Positions 49,502-57,935 of a stretch of 64,000 nt of DNA are shown here, one piece after another. The notes under the pieces are model-generated. The model had not been told where the DNA came from and did no database searches. It saw nothing but the letters and a program-made list of their open reading frames with translations. This stretch comes from a virus. The stretch is from the IMG/VR virus record IMGVR_UViG_3300050120_000210, positions 1 to 64,000 of that record; one strand, 5' to 3'. The translations under genes and the position numbers were made by a program. Every line of letters begins with the position of its first letter. The first letter of the stretch is position 1.

Positions 49502-49878
49502 CTGAAGACTTTCGGCTCCATGTTGACTTTCCAGCCCACCGCGAAAGGTGTCCACCCACATTCGGCAATTACCTTGTTGCTGTCCACGGGCTTCCGCCCA
49601 GCCTCGCGGTCGATGGACCATGTGATATGATAGGTGCCCCCGATGGGACGCTCCACGGAGCCGTTGATCCGAACGATCAACGCTTGAACACCCAGACCAT
49701 CGTCGGCGAACCCAATGATTTCGGCTTCAACTTCGTCGGGTGTGGCCAGTGTCGTCAGATCACCAAGCTCGGCGGTGACATGATGCGCGATGACATCGGG
49801 ATAGGCAGGCGCGATCATGCTCAGGAGACGATCCCGATCCGATCCGGCGAGTTCCCATCCAGAATAAGCCATTGGCAC
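49498..49878 (-). CDS. 2H phosphoesterase / cyclic phosphodiesterase
   Basis: Two HxT motifs, AHHVTA and TYHITW; KPVDSN. Confidence 0.7.
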   Translation of the reverse strand: MPMAYSGWELAGSDRDRLLSMIAPAYPDVIAHHVTAELGDLTTLATPDEVEAEIIGFADDGLGVQALIVRINGSVERPIGGTYHITWSIDREAGRKPVDSNKVIAECGWTPFAVGWKVNMEPKVFR

Positions 49879-49936
49879 CTCCCAAGTGAAGCACCAACAT
49901 ATCGCGGAAGTCGATTTTGTCTACCAAATAAGTGGT

Positions 49937-50143
49937 TTACGACTTCTTCTCTTCGGCAACCTCTTCGTCGGCCTTGTCTTTCTTTTTGGTCTTGGTTTTC
50001 TTATTGATGCGGACCCGAACGTGCACGAATCGGAAAATCCGAGCGATGGCCGCGATAATCAAGAAACAGGCCACGAAGTGCCAGAAACCGCCGGACACGC
50101 TATAGGTGACCAACCATTCTACGAGTTCTTTGATCGCTTCCAT
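49937..50143 (-). CDS. Small membrane protein
   Basis: Hydrophobic helix then a basic tail. Confidence 0.5.
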   Translation of the reverse strand: MEAIKELVEWLVTYSVSGGFWHFVACFLIIAAIARIFRFVHVRVRINKKTKTKKKDKADEEVAEEKKS

Positions 50144-50658
50144 CAGGCGGCAACCACGTCGGCTTCAACCCCATCGGGGATGAGCCCGTCGAAAAGATAA
50201 ACGACCGGCTGCCAGTTCTTGGATTCCTCTTCGAGGATTTCGGCGATCACTGACCATTTGCCCTGAGCCAATCCGGCGCCGATCAGAGGAAGAGCCATGG
50301 CCACCGGCGGCGAGAAATCGAAAGACTTGATCGACTTGGCGTGTTCGTCGATTTTCTTCATCGCTTCGCGCAATCCTGCGTAGCTGACGTAGACGACGCC
50401 CGGCTCGCGGCCGTAGAACTCTTGCGAGATGACGTTGACGACGGTCTTGGCCAGAGCGGCGCTCGGAACCCAGATCACTTCACCGACCTTGAGACCCTGA
50501 TCCTCGTAGACCTTGCGGTAATCCGAGAACACTTTCTCGTCGGCATCGCGCAGCAGCTTGGCGACCCCGGAGCCCATGACACCTTGGGCGTTGCACCCTT
50601 GAATGATGAACTTCTCTTCCGCCTTGAGCAGATCACCGTGCTTGTAGATGATTTTCAT
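50143..50658 (-). CDS. Macrodomain ADP-ribose hydrolase
   Basis: GDLL, QGCNAQGVMGSGVA, PLIGAGLAQGKW. Confidence 0.88.
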   Translation of the reverse strand: MKIIYKHGDLLKAEEKFIIQGCNAQGVMGSGVAKLLRDADEKVFSDYRKVYEDQGLKVGEVIWVPSAALAKTVVNVISQEFYGREPGVVYVSYAGLREAMKKIDEHAKSIKSFDFSPPVAMALPLIGAGLAQGKWSVIAEILEEESKNWQPVVYLFDGLIPDGVEADVVAA

Positions 50659-50996
50659 TTTCCGTCCTCGATCTCGGCCATCTTGCGTTTGAACCAAGCG
50701 TCCTGCTTGGCATGTTTCCGGCGGAAATGCAGTCGCATAGCTTGCCGCATGTCCCATCCATCGATGTAACCGCAGAAAACGGCCACGAACATCAATCCGG
50801 CGCCCTGCCACCACGGGATGATTTTACCGTCGAGCGCCGACGCATAGATCGTCAAGAAGGCGGCGCCGCCAACGACCAAGCTCCATTTCATCCGCCAGAG
50901 GTTCCAGAAAATGAACCAGATGATCGTCCACGCGACGATCTGAATCTCTTGTAGGAGATTGAAGTGGATTTTCGTAGGTTCCGTCACGTCTGTCAT
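50655..50996 (-). CDS. Membrane protein
   Basis: Three hydrophobic segments. Confidence 0.55.
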   Translation of the reverse strand: MTDVTEPTKIHFNLLQEIQIVAWTIIWFIFWNLWRMKWSLVVGGAAFLTIYASALDGKIIPWWQGAGLMFVAVFCGYIDGWDMRQAMRLHFRRKHAKQDAWFKRKMAEIEDGK

Positions 50997-51280
50997 TACC
51001 ACGCCTTGGCAGGGGCTTGCTTCGATAGTACCCAACGCACCTCGCTATTGGACCATCGGGCGTAGAAGTACCCTTTTCCCTCGTCGTCCAACAGGGCTTT
51101 CTCGGCATCAGTAAGGTCTTGATGCTTCAGACCCATCCGGCCTTCGCGATAGACCACCGCATCGTCGGCCAGCATGTCGTAGACAACCTTGACGACATAG
51201 GTTGCTTCTTCACGAGCACGGCGCTCTTTTTCTTCCGTGATGGTTTTTGGCCGGGCGGCCCAGTTGATGCGTTGGGTCAT
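50996..51280 (-). CDS. Hypothetical protein
   Basis: Coupled ORF starting MTQRINW. Confidence 0.5.
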   Translation of the reverse strand: MTQRINWAARPKTITEEKERRAREEATYVVKVVYDMLADDAVVYREGRMGLKHQDLTDAEKALLDDEGKGYFYARWSNSEVRWVLSKQAPAKAW

Positions 51281-51738
51281 GACTTTCCCGATTGGAGGCG
51301 AGCCCGAATCTTCGTCAGGCGAGAACAAAACTCGCGCTCGGTCAACACGGTTTCACGCGCATCATTTTTGCCGATTGCATGGGTCAGGTTGGACGAACCG
51401 GTCGCCAGTAGCGCCCGACGAAACCCGTCGTTCTCTGCCAATGCGTCGAACGCATCATCCAACAGAGTTTGATATTCGTCGCCGTGACGATCAAAGGCGA
51501 CACCGGCCCACCAAAGGGTCTGTCGCTGTTTCCACGCCTTGTTGCGTTTCTGGCCACGACGTTTCGCGGCGAGACCGACGAGCTTGCAGACTTCGACTTG
51601 GATGTGGACCTTGTCGAACTTGAACGCCTGAACCAGTCCTTCCATGGAGTTGCACTCCACCCCTCGGAAGACGAAGGGATGTGGGGAGAAATTGCTCAGT
51701 TTGTCTGCGGGCCAGCCTTTGCCCGAGCCAATGTCCAT
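51277..51738 (-). CDS. NADAR protein, T4 gp30.3-like
   Basis: LSNFSPHPF..GVECNSMEG.VQA.K...TLWW.G...NDGFRRALLAT...TVLTEREF. Confidence 0.8.
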   Translation of the reverse strand: MDIGSGKGWPADKLSNFSPHPFVFRGVECNSMEGLVQAFKFDKVHIQVEVCKLVGLAAKRRGQKRNKAWKQRQTLWWAGVAFDRHGDEYQTLLDDAFDALAENDGFRRALLATGSSNLTHAIGKNDARETVLTEREFCSRLTKIRARLQSGKS

Positions 51739-52059
51739 TATGAGTCCGCCTTGACCAAGAAACGATCTGCGGCCACTGCACGGACCATGCCAGAAAAGAA
51801 TGGCGTCATGAACTCGACGGCAAGAGCGTGGGCCTTGCCGACCATGTAGCTATCGACGATCTCTCCCGAATACGAACCGATCATCCCGATCATGGCATCG
51901 TCTTCGTTGGCCGAATGCTCGGGATTGAAGCGTGCACGACGGCCGATCCACGCCTTAGCCTGTTCTTCGGTCTCGGCTACTGGAACGATCTCGGAAGACA
52001 TGATTTCGCTTTCGGAAAATCTCGTATGCGAAAACATTTACGACCATATAATCTAATGG

Positions 52060-52548
52060 TCAAGTTGCTTCGCCTGCTACCACTGCCTGTTGAACGCGAG
52101 CACGCAGCCTATACATATTGTAGATGTATTCCCACTCGGTCAGCGTTGTCCGTGTTGGATCATGATGTCCAATAACGTGGGTCAACAAGTCCACGCCAGT
52201 CTCGAACAAAGACTGGCGGAAGATTGGGTTTTGATCGAAGCAGGCATCGTAACCGCGTTCGATCAAGGTATGGAATTCACGAGACAATCTCGGATATGCC
52301 TTACCTCTCCACCACAGGGTTTGGGTATCTCGCCAGTCGTTCCCAACCTGTCCGACTTTGTAGGCTCTGTAGCCCACAAGAACTGCGATCATTTCTTGTT
52401 CTTCAAGCCCTTCGAACTTGAGAGATTGCAGCCAGCCTTCGATCCCGCCGCACTGAACGCCATCCATGACGAAGGGATATGACGCGAAGTTAGAAAGCGC
52501 CTTTCCGAGCCCGCCATTTCGGGAACCAAGATCGAGAATTGCAGTCAT
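52060..52548 (-). CDS. Second NADAR protein, T4 gp30.3-like
   Basis: LSNFASYPFVMDGVQCGGIEGWLQSLK...TLWWRG...QNPIFR...TTLTEWEY. Confidence 0.82.
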   Translation of the reverse strand: MTAILDLGSRNGGLGKALSNFASYPFVMDGVQCGGIEGWLQSLKFEGLEEQEMIAVLVGYRAYKVGQVGNDWRDTQTLWWRGKAYPRLSREFHTLIERGYDACFDQNPIFRQSLFETGVDLLTHVIGHHDPTRTTLTEWEYIYNMYRLRARVQQAVVAGEAT

Positions 52549-52747
52549 CTAGCCACCTCTAGAAACAAGATAGCCCCCATCTATTGTGGGGTCAAAATTC
52601 AACATTATGATAACCGACGATTTCATGCGGGTGCCGGTTTTCCATTAACAACCTTGAACTTTTTTCTTGACGAACGGTTGACAGCAAATGCAGGCCAAGT
52701 TACTTGCTGAAATCCCTACCGCTGCTTTCCAACAGGAGTGCCCTTAT

Positions 52748-53335
52748 ATGCAGCAATCGGAAGGCGGAAACGCCCAATTCAAGACTGAGATGGCCGTGAG
52801 CATGTTCAATGCTTACGCGGCCAACAACCACGTCGCCGCCACGGAAATTCCGGGTCTCATGGCGACCTTCTCCAAGGAACTGGACGTTCTGATGAACGTG
52901 GCGGCCCCCGCCACCGAACTGGAAAAGAAGGAACCTGCGGTCGCGATCCGCAAGTCCGTCACCCCGGATCACATCATCGACCTGTTCACCGGCCGCAAGT
53001 TCAAGTCCCTGAAGCGTTACCTCCGCACGTCGCACAACATGACGCCGGAGCAGTATCGCGCCTACTGGAACCTGCCGAAGGACTACCCGATGGTCGCCCC
53101 GGCCTACGCGCAACGTCGTTCCGACCTCGCGAAGTCCATGGGTCTCGGCCAAGGTGGGCGCCAGCCCGCCAAGACGGCTCCCGCCGCCGCTGAAGCGCCG
53201 AAGGCTCCCAAGGCCGCCGCCCCCAAGAAGGCCGCTGCCCCGAAAGCTCCGAAAGCCGCCAAGGCCCCGAAGGCTCCCGCTGCTGCCGCCGCTCCGGCTG
53301 AAGCTCCGGCCGCGTCGGAAACCGTCGCTTCCTAA
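52748..53335 (+). CDS. mucR: Ros/MucR-family regulator with Ala/Lys/Pro-rich tail
   Basis: PAVAIRKSVTPD..GRKFKSLKR.LRT..MTPEQYR..W.LP.DYPMVAPAYA..RS.LAKSMGLG; AGGAG RBS. Confidence 0.92.
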   Translation: MQQSEGGNAQFKTEMAVSMFNAYAANNHVAATEIPGLMATFSKELDVLMNVAAPATELEKKEPAVAIRKSVTPDHIIDLFTGRKFKSLKRYLRTSHNMTPEQYRAYWNLPKDYPMVAPAYAQRRSDLAKSMGLGQGGRQPAKTAPAAAEAPKAPKAAAPKKAAAPKAPKAAKAPKAPAAAAAPAEAPAASETVAS

Positions 53336-53361
53336 GCGCCAGTTTCGATCCTACCAAGACA

Positions 53362-53392
53362 GAGGCCGCCGGGGTGACTCGGCGGCCTTTTT
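53362..53392 (+). terminator. Terminator after mucR
   Basis: AGGCCGCCG...CGGCGGCCT then a T-tract. Confidence 0.85.
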
Positions 53393-53490
53393 CGTGCCTG
53401 AAATTATATTTGGACTTTGCTTACGGCCGTGCTAAATAGAATCTAACAGTGGGAACAAACTCACTGGCCATACACATAGAAGGATTTTCT

Positions 53491-54645
53491 ATGGCCCATA
53501 TCACCCGTGCGCGGGAACATGACATTTGCGTCTTCATTGGACGCTTTCAACCCTTGCACGCTGGACATATGGGCGTGATTCTCAAGGCGTTGGAATACGC
53601 CGAGTTCCTCTTCATTCTCATCGGCTCTGCCAACGTCGCCCGTCGTCCTGACGCCAATCCCTTTTTCGCGGCCGAACGCATCGAGATGCTGCTCGCGTCT
53701 CTGCCGCCAGAGGCGCGCGAGCGAGTGATCTTCATTCCCATGGAAGATAGTGACTACGAAACTATCGATTGGGTGAATGCGGTCAACCGCGCCGTGACGA
53801 CCGAAGCGATCAAGATCATGGGCAAGCTCGATTCGAGCATCAGCCTGATCGGCCACTCCAAAGACCACACGTCTTTCTACCTGAAGCTCTTCCCGCAGTG
53901 GAACACTATCGACGTGGTGTCTTCTCGTCCCCTCGACGCGACCATACTGCGGAATCAGTTCTTCACGGGCAACACGGCTGTCGTCGATAACATGTTCCGC
54001 TACGCCGTGGAAAACCAAGACATCCCGCTAGGCGCCATCAACTGGCTGCGAGACTTCCAAAAACTGGATGTCTATGGCGAACTCGTCGAAGAGATGGAGT
54101 TCTATCGATCCTGTCACGCCCGTTGGGATGCGGAATCGTGGCCTGCGAGCCGCAACACTGTCACCGGTGATGCTCTGATTCTGCAATCCAACCATGTCCT
54201 GCTGATCCAGCGCGGTGAGTTCCCTCAGAAGGGAACGTGGGGTATGCCCGGCGGCCACACCAATACGAACGAAACTGTTGCCGATTCTGCGCTGCGCGAA
54301 GGCTACGAAGAGACCGGCATCAAAGTGCCCAAGATCGTTTTCGAAAAGGCGTTCGTCGGCAAAGACTATTTCGATGCTCCCCGCCGCGATCCGCGTGGCC
54401 GGTATATCGGACACGTCTTCATGTATCACTTGCAACCTTCGGCGCCGTCCTACGACACCACCAAGTCGCCTGTGGAGAACCGTCGCCGGGTGAAGGACGC
54501 GTTGTCTCTGCCGAAGGTGAAGGGCATGGACGACGCCATGGGTGCCAAGTGGTGGCACCTCGACGACCTCAAGCGGTCTGAGATGTTCTTGGACCACTAT
54601 TCCATCATTCGCAAAATGACTGCCCAGTTCGGGAAGGGAAATTAA
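53491..54645 (+). CDS. nadM: Bifunctional NMN/NaMN adenylyltransferase and Nudix ADP-ribose pyrophosphatase
   Basis: FIGRFQPLHAGH, NPF..ER, GHSKD.TSFYL; Nudix box MPGG...ALREGYEETG; RDPRGR; DDA..AKW. Confidence 0.92.
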   Translation: MAHITRAREHDICVFIGRFQPLHAGHMGVILKALEYAEFLFILIGSANVARRPDANPFFAAERIEMLLASLPPEARERVIFIPMEDSDYETIDWVNAVNRAVTTEAIKIMGKLDSSISLIGHSKDHTSFYLKLFPQWNTIDVVSSRPLDATILRNQFFTGNTAVVDNMFRYAVENQDIPLGAINWLRDFQKLDVYGELVEEMEFYRSCHARWDAESWPASRNTVTGDALILQSNHVLLIQRGEFPQKGTWGMPGGHTNTNETVADSALREGYEETGIKVPKIVFEKAFVGKDYFDAPRRDPRGRYIGHVFMYHLQPSAPSYDTTKSPVENRRRVKDALSLPKVKGMDDAMGAKWWHLDDLKRSEMFLDHYSIIRKMTAQFGKGN

Positions 54646-54646
54646 A

Positions 54647-56008
54647 ATGGACTTCGCGAAACGCGCACATGACCACAGCTTCCACATCGACCCCATCGTG
54701 CGGTCGCTGTTCGACACCGATTTCTACAAGCCGCTGATGCACCAGTTCATCTGGTCGCGCCACCCGAACACGCAGGTTACGTTCGGCGTGACCAACCGCA
54801 CGAAAGACGTGCCGCTCGCCGATATCATCGACGAGGGCGAACTGCGTGAGCAACTCGACCATGTCAAGTCGCTGACCTACACGAAATCGGAACTCATCAA
54901 CCTGAAAGGCCAGTCCTACTACGGTCAAGAGGGCATCTTCCGGCCGGGTTACATCGACTTCCTGCGGACCTTCCGCATGGGCGACTATAATCTCGAACGC
55001 GAGCGCGCGTTCAACGGCGGCGTGGGCTACGACACCGGCCAGTTCCGGTTGGAGTTCGACGACAAGTGGACGCACAGCAGCCCTTGGGAACTGCACTCGC
55101 TGACCGTCGTCAATGAACTTCGCAACCGGGCGCTCATGAAGTCGATGAGCAAGTCCGAACTGGACATCATGTATGCCCGCGCCAAGGTGAAGCTATACGC
55201 CAAGCTGAAGGCTCTGGCCGACGACCCGGCCCTCGAAGGCATCAGCGTCTCCGACTTCGGCACCCGCCGTCGCCATTCGTTCCTCTGGCAGGAATATGTC
55301 GTGCAGATGATGGCCGAAGTTCTCGGAGACCGGTTCGGCGGCACCTCGAACGTCTTCCTCGCCATGAAGCATGGTTTCGAAGCGCGGGGCACCAACGCGC
55401 ACGAACTGCCGATGGTCTACGCGGCTCTGGCCAAGAACGATGAAGAACTCGCGCAGGCGCCCTACAAGCTGTGCCACGACTGGGAGGCCGATGTTCGCGG
55501 CCCGCTGCAAATCATGCTGCCCGACACTTTCGGCACCACGGGGTTCCTGAAGAACGCCCCGCACGGCATGGCTGACTGGGCGGGTGCGCGCCCGGACTCC
55601 AAGAAAGCCAAACCCGCCATCGAAGAACTGATCGCTTACTGGGAATACCATTCCAAGGACCCGAAAACGAAGTTGGTCATCCCGAGCGATGGCCTCGACG
55701 TTCGTGTCCCCGGCTATGAGCCGCAGGGCGAAGACATCCCGACCATCTATCGCGAGTTCAAGGGCCGTGTTCGGATGTCGTTCGGTTGGGGAACGCTGGC
55801 GACCAATGACTTCGTCGGCTGCCATCCGAATCAAGCCGACTACATGAAGCCCGTCAGCCTCGTGTGCAAGGTGAAGTCGGCCGAAGGTCGCCCGGCGGTC
55901 AAGCTGTCGGACAACTACAACAAGGCCACTGGCCCCGCTGAAGAGATCGAACGCTATCGCCGCGTCTTCGGTATCGAAGGGCTGGCTGGCGTCCCGGTCA
56001 CCGTCTGA
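54647..56008 (+). CDS. pncB: Nicotinate phosphoribosyltransferase
   Basis: DTDFYK, DFGTRRRHS, GTSNV, GTNAHE, LPDTFGT, RPDS, SDGL, SFGWGT, KLSDN. Confidence 0.93.
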   Translation: MDFAKRAHDHSFHIDPIVRSLFDTDFYKPLMHQFIWSRHPNTQVTFGVTNRTKDVPLADIIDEGELREQLDHVKSLTYTKSELINLKGQSYYGQEGIFRPGYIDFLRTFRMGDYNLERERAFNGGVGYDTGQFRLEFDDKWTHSSPWELHSLTVVNELRNRALMKSMSKSELDIMYARAKVKLYAKLKALADDPALEGISVSDFGTRRRHSFLWQEYVVQMMAEVLGDRFGGTSNVFLAMKHGFEARGTNAHELPMVYAALAKNDEELAQAPYKLCHDWEADVRGPLQIMLPDTFGTTGFLKNAPHGMADWAGARPDSKKAKPAIEELIAYWEYHSKDPKTKLVIPSDGLDVRVPGYEPQGEDIPTIYREFKGRVRMSFGWGTLATNDFVGCHPNQADYMKPVSLVCKVKSAEGRPAVKLSDNYNKATGPAEEIERYRRVFGIEGLAGVPVTV

Positions 56009-56018
56009 GGAAAGAAAC

Positions 56019-56264
56019 ATGCATACCAAAGTCGAACGCAAGTTCACCCTCGACGAAGCGGACATCAAAGCCATCGTGGCGGCTCATCTGAGCACGCTCG
56101 GCGATCTTTCTGTCTCGCCGGAACAAGTCATCATCCACATCAAGGACAGCACGCCGTATGGCGGGGGAGGTGATGATGGAAAGCCTGCCGTGCTCACGGT
56201 GACGGCAGTTATCGAAGAACCGCCCGGCCCGTTTCTGCTGTCAGCGCATAGGACTCGCCGGTAA
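56019..56264 (+). CDS. Hypothetical protein
   Basis: GAGG RBS; inside the NAD cluster. Confidence 0.5.
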   Translation: MHTKVERKFTLDEADIKAIVAAHLSTLGDLSVSPEQVIIHIKDSTPYGGGGDDGKPAVLTVTAVIEEPPGPFLLSAHRTRR

Positions 56265-56327
56265 GGCGATTATCGTTGACCAAATCAATATTCAAGATAG
56301 CCTCTGAATAGAGGCAGAAGGATCAAA

Positions 56328-56966
56328 ATGAACAAGATTGCAATCAAGCAAGGGACCGACATTCTGGGTTCCATCGACCAGCAGGTTGACTTTGGCGACG
56401 ACGGCAAGCTGCCGGTCGCCGGTGGCAAGGCCACGGTCGAACCCACCAATCGTGTGGGCAAGAAGTTTCGGCGCGCGTTCAAATCGCAGGATTGGCACCC
56501 GGCCGACCACGGTTCGTTCGCCAGTCAACACGGCGTGGCCCCCTTCACGATGATTAAGTTGGGTGGTCTCGATCAAGTCGCGTGGACGGATCACTGCGTG
56601 CAGGGCACCGAAGGCGCCGAGTTCCTCCCCGGCCTCGATCTGCCAAACACCGTACTGGTCGTCCGCAAGGGCATGAACCGGATGATCGACAGTTACTCGG
56701 CGTTCTTCGAGAACGATGGCACGACGCCGACCGGCCTGAACGGCGCGCTGGCCGAACTCGGAATCAAGCGCATCTTCCTGACTGGTTTGGCCCGCAACTT
56801 CTGCGTTGCCTTCACGGCGCTGGATGCCATTCGGCTTGGTTACGAAGTCTTCATCTTCGAAGACGCCGTCGCCTCGATCCAAGATGGCTCGGACGAGGCT
56901 ATGACCGAAAAACTACTCGCCGCTGGCGTGAAGCTCATCACCACGGCCGACATCGAGGGGATTTGA
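56328..56966 (+). CDS. pncA: Nicotinamidase
   Basis: IDQQVDF, QDWHP.DH, W.DHCVQGT.GA, RKG..DSYSAF, GLARNFCV. Confidence 0.93.
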   Translation: MNKIAIKQGTDILGSIDQQVDFGDDGKLPVAGGKATVEPTNRVGKKFRRAFKSQDWHPADHGSFASQHGVAPFTMIKLGGLDQVAWTDHCVQGTEGAEFLPGLDLPNTVLVVRKGMNRMIDSYSAFFENDGTTPTGLNGALAELGIKRIFLTGLARNFCVAFTALDAIRLGYEVFIFEDAVASIQDGSDEAMTEKLLAAGVKLITTADIEGI

Positions 56967-56967
56967 G

Positions 56968-57618
56968 ATGACCGAATCGTTCGAAAGCAAATTCACCAAA
57001 ATCGGTGACGTGACGCTTCCCTACTATGCGGGAACCCGCGTCATGATGCTCCCGGTCATCATCGGCAACGAGGCCAGCATTCCCGATCTGCTGGCCGGTG
57101 AATGGAAGGCGACCTTCCATGAACTGTCCGAACTCGCCAATCCCGCCCACAAGGGCAAGGTTGGTTACCTGACCATCGACGAGAAAATTGTTCAACCTGC
57201 CAAGACCCATCGCCGCGAAGGCAAACACGTCGATGGCGTGTTCCAAGGCAGCACCGGTAGCTGGGGCGGCGGTGGAGGATGGGGCTCCGTGGGCAACGGT
57301 ATGATTACCGTCGCCTCGCACCCCGGTTGTCGTGCGTGGAACCAAACCTTCATCGGTCGCACCGGATACGAAGGCGAATGCGATCACCTCGCCGACCAGT
57401 GCGAAGGTGAAGGCACGCTGTTTGGCGCCGGTGAAGTGTTCTGGGTGGATGGATTGTGCGTCCATGAGTCGGTGGCCATGACGCGGCCGACTCCGCGCCA
57501 GTTCGTGCGACTCTCGCTGCCGTCGAATGCGGCGTGGTTCGAGGGCTACACAGAAAATCCGCTGGGCGTGCTTCCCACCGGCCCGATCCTCCCGCGCCGT
57601 TCGTTCATGGACGCCTGA
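56968..57618 (+). CDS. Putative Fe(II)/2OG-oxygenase-like (DSBH) protein
   Basis: HVDG ... VHES ... RQFVR spacing suggests HxD...H...R. Confidence 0.45.
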   Translation: MTESFESKFTKIGDVTLPYYAGTRVMMLPVIIGNEASIPDLLAGEWKATFHELSELANPAHKGKVGYLTIDEKIVQPAKTHRREGKHVDGVFQGSTGSWGGGGGWGSVGNGMITVASHPGCRAWNQTFIGRTGYEGECDHLADQCEGEGTLFGAGEVFWVDGLCVHESVAMTRPTPRQFVRLSLPSNAAWFEGYTENPLGVLPTGPILPRRSFMDA

Positions 57619-57620
57619 AT

Positions 57621-57932
57621 ATGACGGCTCCCGCACTTCATTCCTTTGAATATGCGCTGGTGGTGGTGTCTCAACGCCTGCTGCCGTCCGCATATCCGAC
57701 TGAAGTTGCGCGGGAGCTTTCCACCGTGCTCAACCGAGAAGTCAGCATCCCGCAAGTCGTGCTCTCGCTGAACCGGCTTGAGGAAAATGGCTTCGTGGTC
57801 ACCACGATCAGCGAAGCCCGGCCCGTTCGCGGTGGCCGTAAGCGGCGGATGATCTATGTCACGAAGTCCGGCGCGGATGCTGCGGTTCAGACGCGTGATT
57901 TCTACAATAACCTTCAGTTCGAGAAGGACTAA
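57621..57932 (+). CDS. PadR-family winged-helix regulator
   Basis: AYPTEVAREL...VS..QV..SLNRLEENGFV...RGGRKRRMIYVT..G. Confidence 0.75.
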   Translation: MTAPALHSFEYALVVVSQRLLPSAYPTEVARELSTVLNREVSIPQVVLSLNRLEENGFVVTTISEARPVRGGRKRRMIYVTKSGADAAVQTRDFYNNLQFEKD

Positions 57933-57935
57933 AAA

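Noticed and set aside
53165-53330. Tandem DNA repeat in the mucR tail, and similar low-complexity tracts in the tape measure, portal C-terminus and acidic core protein
   Set aside because: Degenerate protein-level low complexity, not a nucleotide repeat array
54647-56008. NAMPT (NARP2) identity for the phosphoribosyltransferase
   Set aside because: Motifs (GTNAHE, LPDTFGT, SFGWGT, KLSDN) are PncB-type, and linked pncA and nadE only make sense for the nicotinate route
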